Of a stretch of DNA of 64,000 bases, positions 41,421-51,004 are shown in pieces. The position numbers and the translations under genes were made by a program. The notes beneath the pieces are model-generated. The model saw only the letters and a list, made by a program, of their open reading frames with translations, ran no database searches and was not told the DNA's origin. The first letter of the stretch is position 1. The number at the start of each line of letters is the position of its first letter. Source of the DNA: Candidatus Bathyarchaeota archaeon (GTDB lineage Archaea; Thermoproteota; Bathyarchaeia; Bathyarchaeales; Bathycorpusculaceae); the NCBI GenBank assembly GCA_963811105.1, contig CAWEPZ010000002.1:384001-448000 (forward strand). Direction: 5' to 3'.

Positions 41421-41596
41421 TCCATTTTTCAGTTCGAATTTTGTGCATAGAGGTAAGACTGGGTTGAGAGATGAGTTTAAATTGTGGCGGTTTGATAGCG
41501 AGTCAAGCGAGGTCATTTTCTTGTTACTGCAATGCGACACCAACATTATCTTATTACGTTTAGATACGACTAAACAGGCAAGAGGAGAGAAGTTGT

Positions 41597-42274
41597 TTGC
41601 GAAGTCAAGTTGATTTGTATACAAACATCCACAAGGGTCAGCGTGTTAGGTTCTTCATGATTAGCAAATTAGCTGGAAGCCTGAATGCAAATGATCAAAA
41701 TGCCCTTATTGCACTCGAAAATGAACTCGTATCATTCCAAGAACATATGTATCTCCACGCAGGACACGAAGAGAAGGTAGTTCATCCTTTGCTTTCCCAA
41801 AGAGTCCCAGGAGGGGCAAACAGATTAAATGAGGATCACCGCATTATGCGCAGACAATTCGAAGAACTTGTAGCGTGCTTTGCAGAAATAAAGGAAAAGC
41901 CAACAGATTTTGAAAAACGTGAAGAGCAATGCCTGGAGTTCTACCTCGCTTGGAACAGGTTCCTATCTTTCTACTTCGATCATATAAACTATGAAGAAGA
42001 ATACGTTATGCCAACACTATGGAAACTCTGCACTTCCGATGAGTTGGCCGACACGTTCAGGAAAGTCCTGGCGGATCAAACACCAAAAGAGCTTATAGAT
42101 AGCTACGGGATGATGCTTCCAGCCACCAGTCCAGCAGAGAGAGTTATGATTCTCAAACGGGGTCAAGCGACAATGCCTCCAGAAGTTTTCCAGGGAACTC
42201 TAAAAGTTGCAGAACATGTCCTGACTCCCGATGAATGGGTTTCAGTAAAGAAGATACTAAAACTCGAAGCCTAA
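41597..42274 (+). CDS. Hemerythrin-domain protein
   Basis: IHKGQR, HAGHEE, EDH, HINYEE. Confidence 0.85.
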   Translation: MRSQVDLYTNIHKGQRVRFFMISKLAGSLNANDQNALIALENELVSFQEHMYLHAGHEEKVVHPLLSQRVPGGANRLNEDHRIMRRQFEELVACFAEIKEKPTDFEKREEQCLEFYLAWNRFLSFYFDHINYEEEYVMPTLWKLCTSDELADTFRKVLADQTPKELIDSYGMMLPATSPAERVMILKRGQATMPPEVFQGTLKVAEHVLTPDEWVSVKKILKLEA

Positions 42275-42319
42275 AGTCAGAAACTTTCTAGCGCAAATTC
42301 CCCTAAACTTGAAAAAGCT

Positions 42320-42605
42320 TTCATAATGAAACAGGCTTCTCAGGGTTAAATTTTCACCACCTGGCGAATTGGGCAGCCGTGGCATCCGAACCCTCTATGC
42401 ATGGAGATGTCACCCGCAAATCTCCCCTTTTGTTTTCTTACGAAAAAGTAAAAACTTCTTTTCAGTTCTGGGAGATGGCTTCTGATTTGAAGTATGATCC
42501 CCTACCCGCTTAGGCTTCAAGGGATTGGTCTCCACACTACTTCTCAGGCCAACCTTTTGCTATTTGGCAGTGGCGTATTTCGGCTTCATCGGTGTTTTTT
42601 CAGGT
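42320..42605 (+). repeat. Two partial copies of the structured element (3' module, then internal module)
   Basis: GAACCCTCT..GGAGATGTCACCCGCA + T-tract (42381-42432); TTGAAGTATGATCCCCTACCCGCTTAGGCTTCAAGG (42487-42522). Confidence 0.7.
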
Positions 42606-42637
42606 TTCCCGTGTTGCTGTCTGGGGTTTAGTAGATA

Positions 42638-43537
42638 TTATATTAGTTTTGGAAGGCCAAAGTTCTTTGACCAGAACATTGCAGTATCTCTTTTCATTTC
42701 ATATATTCTCGATAGCTCGCCATAGCAGCACATATCACATTTCGAGCAATCATCTTTCTCTATATGCCTTATCATGCAGTCATTTCTCTGTTTACCGTTA
42801 GCCATTACAGAAACAAGAAGCCACGGGTAACAATTCTTATTTTTTCCTACAGTCTGAAGATAGGACAATGAACTTAGTACTTTGGGGTATTTCTTTTTCA
42901 AACCAATAATATTCTCTGCAACCGCCCTCCTTTGTTCGGCATCTAATGCAACATCCTGAATGTCGCCATATTGGTATTCAAAATTGAACATCAAACCAAA
43001 CACAGGATTTGAATCGGAAAAGTATTTGCACATTGCTTCTACATCATTTGAGTTTGTTTTCGATATGGTGGAAAGGACGATTATTTTCTTATCGGAGTTC
43101 TCCATTATGGTTTTTGTCGCCTTTTCAAAGTGCCCCTGTCCCCTTATCGTATTATCTGATTTTTCCATCCCATCTATAGAAATCCAAAAGACATCCGGAT
43201 TTATTCCCGAAATATTTTGAGTTCCGTTTGTTATGTAAATAGCGAACATGTTTTTTGATTTTATGTATTCCACTATCTCTTTTATGCCACTATACAAGGT
43301 TGGCTCGCCGCCTTCAATTACTATGGCAACTGCACCTTTTTCATACAGATCGTCAATGATGTCTGTCCATTCTTCTAATGGCAGATCTTTGGTTATCTTA
43401 TTGGTCCAAGTGCAGTGTTTGCAGTGCAGATTGCATCTTTGTGTTATTTTTATTGCTGCGGCAATGGGTGACCTGTCCCTTAGTAGTCTCCATTTCAATT
43501 GCCGTTGGTAGTAATACAATTTACTCTTTCGGTTCAT
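42638..43537 (-). CDS. Radical SAM protein with C-terminal Cys cluster
   Basis: CNLHCKHC, GGEP, TNG, SIDG; tail C..C..CSKCDMCC. Confidence 0.9.
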   Translation of the reverse strand: MNRKSKLYYYQRQLKWRLLRDRSPIAAAIKITQRCNLHCKHCTWTNKITKDLPLEEWTDIIDDLYEKGAVAIVIEGGEPTLYSGIKEIVEYIKSKNMFAIYITNGTQNISGINPDVFWISIDGMEKSDNTIRGQGHFEKATKTIMENSDKKIIVLSTISKTNSNDVEAMCKYFSDSNPVFGLMFNFEYQYGDIQDVALDAEQRRAVAENIIGLKKKYPKVLSSLSYLQTVGKNKNCYPWLLVSVMANGKQRNDCMIRHIEKDDCSKCDMCCYGELSRIYEMKRDTAMFWSKNFGLPKLI

Positions 43538-44534
43538 CTTTAATTCTCGATTTTCCTGTCTTTAATTTTATCAGAAAGTTGAAAATAGGATCGTTATGAT
43601 AAGGAAGCCCCCAATAGTCACGATACACCATCAGGCATGTTTCAGAATCACGGTCCCTTAATGCGTGCATTAACGGAACTTGGCTACAGCCGCAATGTTT
43701 GCATTCTGCTTCTGCACCATAGGCACAGTGATATTTGTATTTGCCGTCCGCCGCATAGAACTTGAATACTTTCTTGGTTATGCACTTTTCAAGGGAATTC
43801 CAGCATCCGATACCGCCATCACTTTTCATGTAGTGCCCGACACGTTCCGTAAAAAATATCTTGTTGCCAAACTCTTTGCGAAAATTGACAATTTCATCAA
43901 TTACTCCATTCCTTTCTTCCAAAGTAATCTTTTCCATGTTGCCATCCTGTTTCACGCTTGGACAAAAGAAACAAAAGTATATTCCCCTGACATTCTTGCG
44001 GTGAATGAAGTTTTCAACTATTTCTCTCAAATGGTCTTTGTTTGACTTGCAAACGGTAACATGAACCATTACCTTTGTTGATTGTTTGTCCAGTATTTCA
44101 GTTACCTTCCCGAATGTTCCTTTTCCACGTATGCTGTCATGAATACTCTCCGGTCCATCGATGGAGAGTGCATACATTGCGTTGTTTACGGGGGGGTATC
44201 CCAACGTACCATTTGTAAAAATCAATGTAAAATCAAAAATCTTGCCGGCTTCTGCACATATTTTTGGCCTTAGGAGCGGCTCTCCACCCAAAAGGTAAAT
44301 TATCTTCAATCCATCTCGGCGAAGACCTTTCATAAGATCTATCATTTGTTCATCGTTCAGGTCTGGATTTTTTTCTTGACGTCCCCAATAGCAATGTGTG
44401 CAGTGGAGATTGCATTTGTTGGTTATATCCAAACCACCACCAAAAAATTTTTCGTCATCAAGATAGTTAAAAAAATTCCAAGCGGTCTTTAATCGCCCAA
44501 CTGTTTGCATAACCATAACATAATAGATTTCCAC
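43521..44534 (-). CDS. Radical SAM protein with C-terminal Cys cluster
   Basis: CNLHCTHC, GGEP, TNG, SIDG; tail C..C..CKHCGC; overlaps its partner gene. Confidence 0.9.
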   Translation of the reverse strand: MEIYYVMVMQTVGRLKTAWNFFNYLDDEKFFGGGLDITNKCNLHCTHCYWGRQEKNPDLNDEQMIDLMKGLRRDGLKIIYLLGGEPLLRPKICAEAGKIFDFTLIFTNGTLGYPPVNNAMYALSIDGPESIHDSIRGKGTFGKVTEILDKQSTKVMVHVTVCKSNKDHLREIVENFIHRKNVRGIYFCFFCPSVKQDGNMEKITLEERNGVIDEIVNFRKEFGNKIFFTERVGHYMKSDGGIGCWNSLEKCITKKVFKFYAADGKYKYHCAYGAEAECKHCGCSQVPLMHALRDRDSETCLMVYRDYWGLPYHNDPIFNFLIKLKTGKSRIKDEPKE

Positions 44535-44553
44535 TTAAACACTTTATCTGTTT

Positions 44554-45182
44554 TGCGACTTATTGGGTTGGTCTCGAAGGATGTCTGTTCTGTAGCACAT
44601 GCTGAGCGAGATACTTTAGATAGCGAATTTTACTTATGCTGTGGCTACTGAATTTCAATGCTTGCGCTATTCGCTTTTTGGGGAAAAGCTTTCTTTGGAT
44701 TTTTGAATGAGTTCCTTAAAGGATTCTCATAAGCTTTTAGATCCACACCTAAAGCGGTCTAGTCACTACCAGGTTGACCCCGACAAAGGTACGTGTTTTT
44801 ATTGCTAACGGTTCTGTAAAGAAAAGCTGGGACCTGCTTAACTGCAATGTGGTTTTGCATCTTGGTTTATTTAGTTGATTTTATGACTCCGTTTTGAAAA
44901 TTTGAGGAAGAAATCCACTTTTGTCACTAAAAATTTTTGTCTCGATTTCAAATATATTGACTAATAAACCATCATTTCGCATATTTAATCAAAATAACCT
45001 TAATTACAACTTTAAAAAATGGGGCCGGAGGGGATCCTAGCCCCAATTTATCAGTAAAAAGACCTGTTGATCCTCCAGTATCATAACAGGCTTGTAAGAA
45101 TGAGCATCCGCATGATAGACGTTGAGGGGCTTGGATTTGAACCTTTAACCCGTTGAGACATCACTCGCATATCCTCTTTTTC
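44554..45182 (+). ncRNA. Candidate large structured ncRNA, copy 3 (longer, with insertions)
   Basis: Motifs shared with copy 1 in the same order; 5' TGCGACTTAT..GTCTCGAAGG pairs with 3' CCGTTGAGAC-ATCACTCGCA; 3' T-tract. Confidence 0.5.
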
Positions 45183-45270
45183 TGGTTTATCATTATTTCC
45201 CCAGGGTAACAGGGAGTAATTAATGCTTATTTAATTACTTCGAGAATCAGTTATTGGAGATTTTGTCTTT

Positions 45271-45624
45271 ATGCAATCAATAAGTCTAGCTCTTCCCATT
45301 TTGGCAGGCAAAACCGAAGCGGCAAAAGCAGTGTTCAAGACTATAAAAGATGAAAAATGGAAAGACTACCAAAGAGTTCAGAAGAATGCGGGAGTGGAGA
45401 AAGAACGCGACTTCTTGCAAATAACACCCATGGGCGATATGCTGTTGCTCTACATAGAATCAAAAGACATTCAAAAAACTTTCATGACGTTTTCAGCATC
45501 TAAAGACCCATTCGACCTATGGTTCGTAGAAGAAATGAAGAAAAATACAGGTGTAGATTTCAGTCAGCCGATGTCAGGTCCTCTGCCAGAACTATTAATT
45601 TCATATGACAAATCTATTCTGTAA
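45271..45624 (+). CDS. Conserved hypothetical protein (alpha+beta barrel-like)
   Basis: LPILAGK..E..FLQ.TPMGD...DPFD.WF..TGVD; GGAG RBS. Confidence 0.75.
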   Translation: MQSISLALPILAGKTEAAKAVFKTIKDEKWKDYQRVQKNAGVEKERDFLQITPMGDMLLLYIESKDIQKTFMTFSASKDPFDLWFVEEMKKNTGVDFSQPMSGPLPELLISYDKSIL

Positions 45625-45674
45625 CTGTAACAATAATTTTCTTTAGAAAAGAATCGTAAAGGAGGACAGATTTT

Positions 45675-46076
45675 ATGTCGAAAAAAATGCAAACTCAAGA
45701 CTCACATCATGAAGAACTTGTTAAGGGACTTCATGACCAACTGAAGCAGATCTTTGATTCATCGGAACAAGCAATTTACCTCTATTTAGACGACAGCCAC
45801 AAAGTATGTAACGAGAAGTTTGCCGAGATGCAAGGTTATAATTCACCCGAAGAATGGGCAAAAGTTGAAAATCCCTTAGAAGTTGGCGTTGACAAAACGA
45901 GTCAGGATGCTGTGGTTTCTGCCTATCGAGATGCTATGGAGAAACTGGTAGGTTCAAAGATAGATGTTAAACTAAAGAAGAAGGCTGGCGGCACTTTAGA
46001 CGCTTCTATCATAATGGTGCCAGTTGCGTATCAAGAACACTTGTTTGCTCTCCACTTCATCTCAGAGAAGAAATAA
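45675..46076 (+). CDS. Stand-alone PAS-like protein
   Basis: IFDSSEQAIYLY..CNEKFAEMQGY.SPEEW; GGAGG RBS. Confidence 0.75.
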   Translation: MSKKMQTQDSHHEELVKGLHDQLKQIFDSSEQAIYLYLDDSHKVCNEKFAEMQGYNSPEEWAKVENPLEVGVDKTSQDAVVSAYRDAMEKLVGSKIDVKLKKKAGGTLDASIIMVPVAYQEHLFALHFISEKK

Positions 46077-46168
46077 TACAGAATTATGTTGGCAATTCCC
46101 TTGATAATTATGCCACAAGTACTAACCAAAGAGTAATACCGAAACCGGCAATCAAAAGCCGTTTAGCA

Positions 46169-46573
46169 CTAGCGGGACTTGGAAGCGTTCAGTTTCACAG
46201 CGGCATGAATGAGAGCTTTAAAGGCTTCCTCGTCAATCTTCTCGCCTTCATGGATGTCGATGGCGCGCCTGACGGTCCCAGGCTGGTTGAATATGTGAGA
46301 GGGGTCATCTAGCGAAGCACCCTTGAAGAAAGTGAGCTTGACCACGTTCTTGTAGGTCTCGCCTGTGCAGATGCCGCCGTTGTGGGACCAGACTGGAGTT
46401 CCGGGATTTGTTGGCTTCACCCACTTCCACCCTTCAACTATTTCTGGGTCCGCCTCCTTGATGAGCCGGCGCACTTTGGCTAACGTTTCTCCGCGCCAAT
46501 CGCTCAGTTCCTGAATTCTAGCGTCGATAAGCTGTGAAGGAGACTTATCTTTCTTCGCACTACTTTGTGCCAT
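46169..46573 (-). CDS. DUF1801 (YdhG-like) protein
   Basis: DWRGETL...KW..P.W.H.G.ICTGE.YK..VKLTF.KGA.L.DP. Confidence 0.88.
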   Translation of the reverse strand: MAQSSAKKDKSPSQLIDARIQELSDWRGETLAKVRRLIKEADPEIVEGWKWVKPTNPGTPVWSHNGGICTGETYKNVVKLTFFKGASLDDPSHIFNQPGTVRRAIDIHEGEKIDEEAFKALIHAAVKLNASKSR

Positions 46574-46704
46574 GTTCTTCCCTTGTCACTATTTCCTAAT
46601 TAAGTACTTAGTTACCTATCCTTATTTGCTCTGCATATTATTTATACCCGTACTTATTAGGGGAAGTCTACTTAATTTCTCAAACCCACGCGCTATTTGG
46701 CAAA

Positions 46705-47154
46705 ATGCAACCGACATACTATTATTTGTTGAGAAAGTATACAATAAAGAGATCGGAAGAGGCGTTGGTCTTGGAAGTAGAAAACGTATTCAAAATAGCA
46801 ATGACCTACTCCAGAGTTCGCGAGTTCCTGACAAGCAAGGGTTGGGAATTCCAAGGAAAGAATGTGGAAATGGAGATGGACTCGTTCAAAAACAAGAAGA
46901 CGGGGAAGAAGGTGTTCGTCGAGGACATTTCGGAGGACTTTCCAGTGACCTTTCTTATGGGCGAGCTTAGCGTGCCGGAGTTCAGTATCATTGCCAGTGA
47001 ATTGACGCCAGAAATCCAGTTACTGGAAGTTGACAGTAGTTGGGAAGGTAAACCGACGACCATCGTGGTTGCGATGACAGAAGAGCAAGTTAGGAACATG
47101 TTCGGCAGAAGAACGAAGATGAGAAAACTTGCGGTTCACAAAAAGCTCGTCTGA
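46705..47154 (+). CDS. Hypothetical protein (start possibly downstream)
   Basis: Long ORF with coding-like composition. Confidence 0.55.
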   Translation: MQPTYYYLLRKYTIKRSEEALVLEVENVFKIAMTYSRVREFLTSKGWEFQGKNVEMEMDSFKNKKTGKKVFVEDISEDFPVTFLMGELSVPEFSIIASELTPEIQLLEVDSSWEGKPTTIVVAMTEEQVRNMFGRRTKMRKLAVHKKLV

Positions 47155-47301
47155 GTGATCTCTTTCAGAGAATTATTCCTCAGCCTCATCACCCAGCAGG
47201 AAGCCTACTTTTTTAGCTAACTTAGTTGAGAAACCATAACACAAAACGAACGCTAAATCTTATTAAAGCTACCAGCCTATGGACTACTAAAGAGGCTTCC
47301 A

Positions 47302-47751
47302 ATGAATCAAGAAAACAAAATATGCCTATTCTCTCTATCCAAGAAAGACCCTACATTTAGAAGCGCTGTATCAATTAGTCGACCAATTGAATGGTTAAAC
47401 GGTAAGAAAAACCCACCGCACAGATATTATTTCCGAACCATTGCACCCGTTTCTTTACCAAAAGGTTCGAAATTACTTTTTTCATTTGAAAACTTGATTT
47501 TTGGGGAAGCCATTATAAAAGAGGGAATTCAGATTTTACAGAAATCAGATATGAAAATACCAGAGACCTTTTCTGGGTATTATAAAAAATTTTGCGTTTT
47601 TAACCCTGATAGCATCCGCATTTATCGATTTTACCCTACAAAAAGTGAATTGCTGGAAAACGAAAAATTCGCTGACTATCAATTTTCACAGTTATTCAGC
47701 TACCTAAACTTAGAACAGTATACTGAGATCTTAAAAATAGCCGAGCGTTAA
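47302..47751 (+). CDS. Hypothetical protein, PUA/EVE-like fold suspected
   Basis: YYFR..LPKGSKLLF..IFGEAII..F.PDSIRIY; GAGG RBS. Confidence 0.6.
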   Translation: MNQENKICLFSLSKKDPTFRSAVSISRPIEWLNGKKNPPHRYYFRTIAPVSLPKGSKLLFSFENLIFGEAIIKEGIQILQKSDMKIPETFSGYYKKFCVFNPDSIRIYRFYPTKSELLENEKFADYQFSQLFSYLNLEQYTEILKIAER

Positions 47752-48215
47752 TCATCAAGCAAAGGAATCATACCGTTTGGGGGTAAGTCCGGGTCCGACT
47801 CAGCCCACAACTACTCGATTGTTTAACTCAACGGTTTTGAACCCATTTGGGCCCAGCGGTCCCCACTATAACTTAACGCGCAAACTCTATTCTTGCAACA
47901 AAAAGTGTGAACAGTCAACTATCGCGCATGGGAATTGGCGATGATCGATAGGGAAAAGCTTGTACACACTAACTCAATTGTTAAATTCTTAGAAAAGTGA
48001 CTTAACTGAGTGTTTGCGTTTTTTCATCGTTGTGTGTTCAAAGCTTATTTTTCAATTGACTCATGCATGAGTACATGTTCGGCTTTATCGTAGGCATTCC
48101 AATGAATTAGCTCTTAGAAAAAAGCTTGAGGAATCCCGTGTCGACACTTCAAAAACAAGAATCGTTGACAGAGCGAAATTCCTGACGAAATGCGCATGAA
48201 AATGAACAGTTTATT

Positions 48216-50738
48216 TTAGATGGCTTGAGCTGCTTTATTTTGGATTGTTATGTTTCTGAAGTAAGCACGGTCGTTGAATGAACCACCATTATCTAAATCA
48301 AATTCAGGCACAGAGACCACTTGATCTTTTGCAACATTGACAGTAACTGTTTTTTGCATATTGTCGTCGTCAGGGTTAAGAGTACCTGTCAATTTAACGT
48401 CAACTGACAAATCACTCGTTCTTATTTTTACATCTATTTCCAGTCTTCCCACAACATCTCCAACGGAAGCTTCATCACGCGCAACATCTTCAAGTCTCGT
48501 ATTATTTGCGTCAGACATGTCGCATATCCACACGCCATTTTTCTGGTCGAAAACTGGCACCCCGCTTTGAACAAAAAGAGTTTTGTTTGGATATTCATCT
48601 GCGTGATCAGCCCCAGTTAAGTAAACGTCATCTACGCGAATCCAACCTTTGACAATAACGTTTCTCATACACTCAGGGGGATCAAGCAACGTTATTACTT
48701 GGTAAGTATTGGTGTTTGGCTGAATTGTACTAGTTGTTATTTCGCCATAGCATATCTTTCCATTGTTTGGGTTTTCCCATCTGGCGACAACTTTGTATTG
48801 ACCACCAGACTTAACTTGTAATGCAAAGCTTGGAACATAGTGATTAGAATTGAGAACGATTCGACTTATTGTGTTATAGCAACTTGCGTTGACGTAGGCC
48901 CCTTCCACAACTGTCCCTTGATATTTAACGTCTCCAGAAATAATGGCTGTGCCCGTGCTTTTGACGAGAACGCATTTTGGTCTTCGGAATACACCTACGC
49001 AGAGCGCAACGGGTCTATTGAAACCGTATAATCCCCAATTTCCATCTGTGCTGGCTATAACTGGTGGATCCCAGAACATGTGAATGTTATCAGGACTAAC
49101 TGCACGACCAACACCCGGCGCATCCGCCCAGTTACTGGAATCTACTTGAATAGTGTTTCCTTTGGCGTCTACGCAATGCGTATCCCCAGGAAACCCTCGG
49201 CAACAGTCGAAAGCGAAAGCATTGCACATCTGGTTAGCAATATCATCAGGCATATCATAGAGCCATTCAATAAGATCTGCAAGAGTAATTGCGCCCAAAG
49301 CACCTCCCAAAATAGGATTAAGCAAAGCTCCAAGAGCCGCAGTACCCGCAGCGGCAGCCAAAATAAAAGCGGTCCTACCAACAATATCGAGAGCAGATTG
49401 AACTACTCCAGGCATCCCCGCCTTAACACTGTCATAAACTTGTTGTGAGATGTTATCGCTAAGCCATTTGGCCGCTTTCTTTCTTGATTCAGCATCGTAA
49501 AAATATAGTCCATCTATAGTGTAAGGGTCAGTAACATCTCCTAAGTAGTCAGGCGCTATTGTTCTAACGCAGTTTCCATGTGCATCGCCAAGTGCTTCCT
49601 GAGGCGATTCAACAGTATCAAGATGAATTTTGTTCCACCCTAATTTCGAACCTTTTTCATTAACCATACGAACTGCTTGCCAAACAAACGAGGAGCAAAC
49701 GGCCGGCATCGTGGGCACTTTGATCCAATTCAGTTTGGAAGGATCTGACCAATCAATCCACTTGCCTGGATTAATAGTGTCGGATTCAGGTTGGGCATTA
49801 AGCATTTGCTGTATTGGACCTTGGTAGTCTAGTACTTCGCCTACTACCGCATTTGTATAGCAATAGAATCGATAATGTGTGTACATCTGCATTGCCATGT
49901 CAGCAACATGTTCAAGGGCTGACTTAACGTAGTCGTTTTCAAGAATTGGACAAGGCTTTACGACTAACGCAGGAAACCAAGTTTGACCATCGTCAGAGAC
50001 GGGGTCAAATGAAAGTGCATCTATAGTATATGCATTTTTGGGGTTGCTCGAACTTTCCATATCAGGCAAATCTGCCCCTTTATAACTGTCTGTTAAATTT
50101 GGCAAGTGTTTTCCGGAGCCATACCTGTCAGCCATGAAAGCTTGTTCAATTGACTGAGTTATGCTTCCCGGCCAGCCGTATCTCACATGGTCATCGTTGA
50201 GACCGTCGGTGGGTGCTGGTTTGCCAAGTATGTCTCCAGTATAGTACTCTTTGGCGTTGAGTCTACTTTGGGATCCTGGGCAGTGTCTAATCAAATTTAA
50301 GTCTCTCACCATAATGCCCATATGTGAGTAATGCTGCGGTGGGTTGAGCTCATGCAGAAGACCTCCAATTATGCCGCCTGCACCACCTGGTGTAAGAATT
50401 AGGTGACCCTTGTATGCATTTGCGATGTATACATCCTTGACGTTTATTTCGTCTCCAGAATATGAGCAAGTAAGTGTGGGGTCTGTTGGGCAATCATCAC
50501 AATTGCAAGGCAATGGTTGCGGTTGATTGACAGGTTTGCGACGGTAGCTTGGCTCGCAAATTTTTATTGGCTCACAATTCTTCGGAACTCTGTTTTTTGA
50601 CTTATTCAACTTTTTTTTTGTTGATGGGTTTACTTTGGTATTTGAAGATTTTTTTGCCTGCGAAAAATTAACCTTCGGTTCTTCTTCTATATTAATACGT
50701 TTCAAAAATAACCCCAAATGAAATGTAACGAGAAACAA
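48216..50738 (-). CDS. Large permuted papain-like (NlpC/P60, YiiX/LRAT-type) protein with hydrophobic insert and beta-sandwich C-terminus
   Basis: GHLIL..HYSHMGI (His) ... YRFYCY ... VCSSFVW (Cys) ... VSPDNI. Confidence 0.7.
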   Translation of the reverse strand: MFLVTFHLGLFLKRINIEEEPKVNFSQAKKSSNTKVNPSTKKKLNKSKNRVPKNCEPIKICEPSYRRKPVNQPQPLPCNCDDCPTDPTLTCSYSGDEINVKDVYIANAYKGHLILTPGGAGGIIGGLLHELNPPQHYSHMGIMVRDLNLIRHCPGSQSRLNAKEYYTGDILGKPAPTDGLNDDHVRYGWPGSITQSIEQAFMADRYGSGKHLPNLTDSYKGADLPDMESSSNPKNAYTIDALSFDPVSDDGQTWFPALVVKPCPILENDYVKSALEHVADMAMQMYTHYRFYCYTNAVVGEVLDYQGPIQQMLNAQPESDTINPGKWIDWSDPSKLNWIKVPTMPAVCSSFVWQAVRMVNEKGSKLGWNKIHLDTVESPQEALGDAHGNCVRTIAPDYLGDVTDPYTIDGLYFYDAESRKKAAKWLSDNISQQVYDSVKAGMPGVVQSALDIVGRTAFILAAAAGTAALGALLNPILGGALGAITLADLIEWLYDMPDDIANQMCNAFAFDCCRGFPGDTHCVDAKGNTIQVDSSNWADAPGVGRAVSPDNIHMFWDPPVIASTDGNWGLYGFNRPVALCVGVFRRPKCVLVKSTGTAIISGDVKYQGTVVEGAYVNASCYNTISRIVLNSNHYVPSFALQVKSGGQYKVVARWENPNNGKICYGEITTSTIQPNTNTYQVITLLDPPECMRNVIVKGWIRVDDVYLTGADHADEYPNKTLFVQSGVPVFDQKNGVWICDMSDANNTRLEDVARDEASVGDVVGRLEIDVKIRTSDLSVDVKLTGTLNPDDDNMQKTVTVNVAKDQVVSVPEFDLDNGGSFNDRAYFRNITIQNKAAQAI

Positions 50739-51004
50739 TTTAAAGATTCCTTAATACATCCTACTCACTAATCTGTTCTCCCTTTCCTCTATATTTTTCC
50801 TCGAAGATCTTTCAATACATTTCGCGATATTTTCGAATTACCCAGAAAGTTTTATGAAAAATATGCAAAGTTTTTTCAATCGTCTGGTTCCAAAATTATT
50901 TAGATTTAAATCAAAAACGGTTTAACTTTCTGTGGGATTTGAACCTGAATTATGGTGCGATTATGTTGCGGTCGCCGAGTTGCAAATCTAAACAGATTCA
51001 AGAT

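Noticed and set aside
41310-41425. Short minus-strand ORFs across the repeat (MEKMGNASDISLLRGFESNP..DAQFYKPVKLLED; or MRVTSP..GSNP as an integrase N-fragment)
   Set aside because: The frames are stopped or divergent in the other copies, and base-pair conservation plus plus-strand T-tracts explain the similarity better. Not fully excluded, since some substitutions look synonymous.
45020-45046. TGGGGCCGGAGGGGAT as the reverse complement of a tRNA 3' end
   Set aside because: The T-loop is missing, and the segment forms its own hairpin (TGGGGC/GCCCCA) inside the structured element.
50930-50945. GGGATTTGAACC T-loop-like motif (similar at about 47833)
   Set aside because: Too short, with no flanking acceptor stem or similarity to the repeat family.
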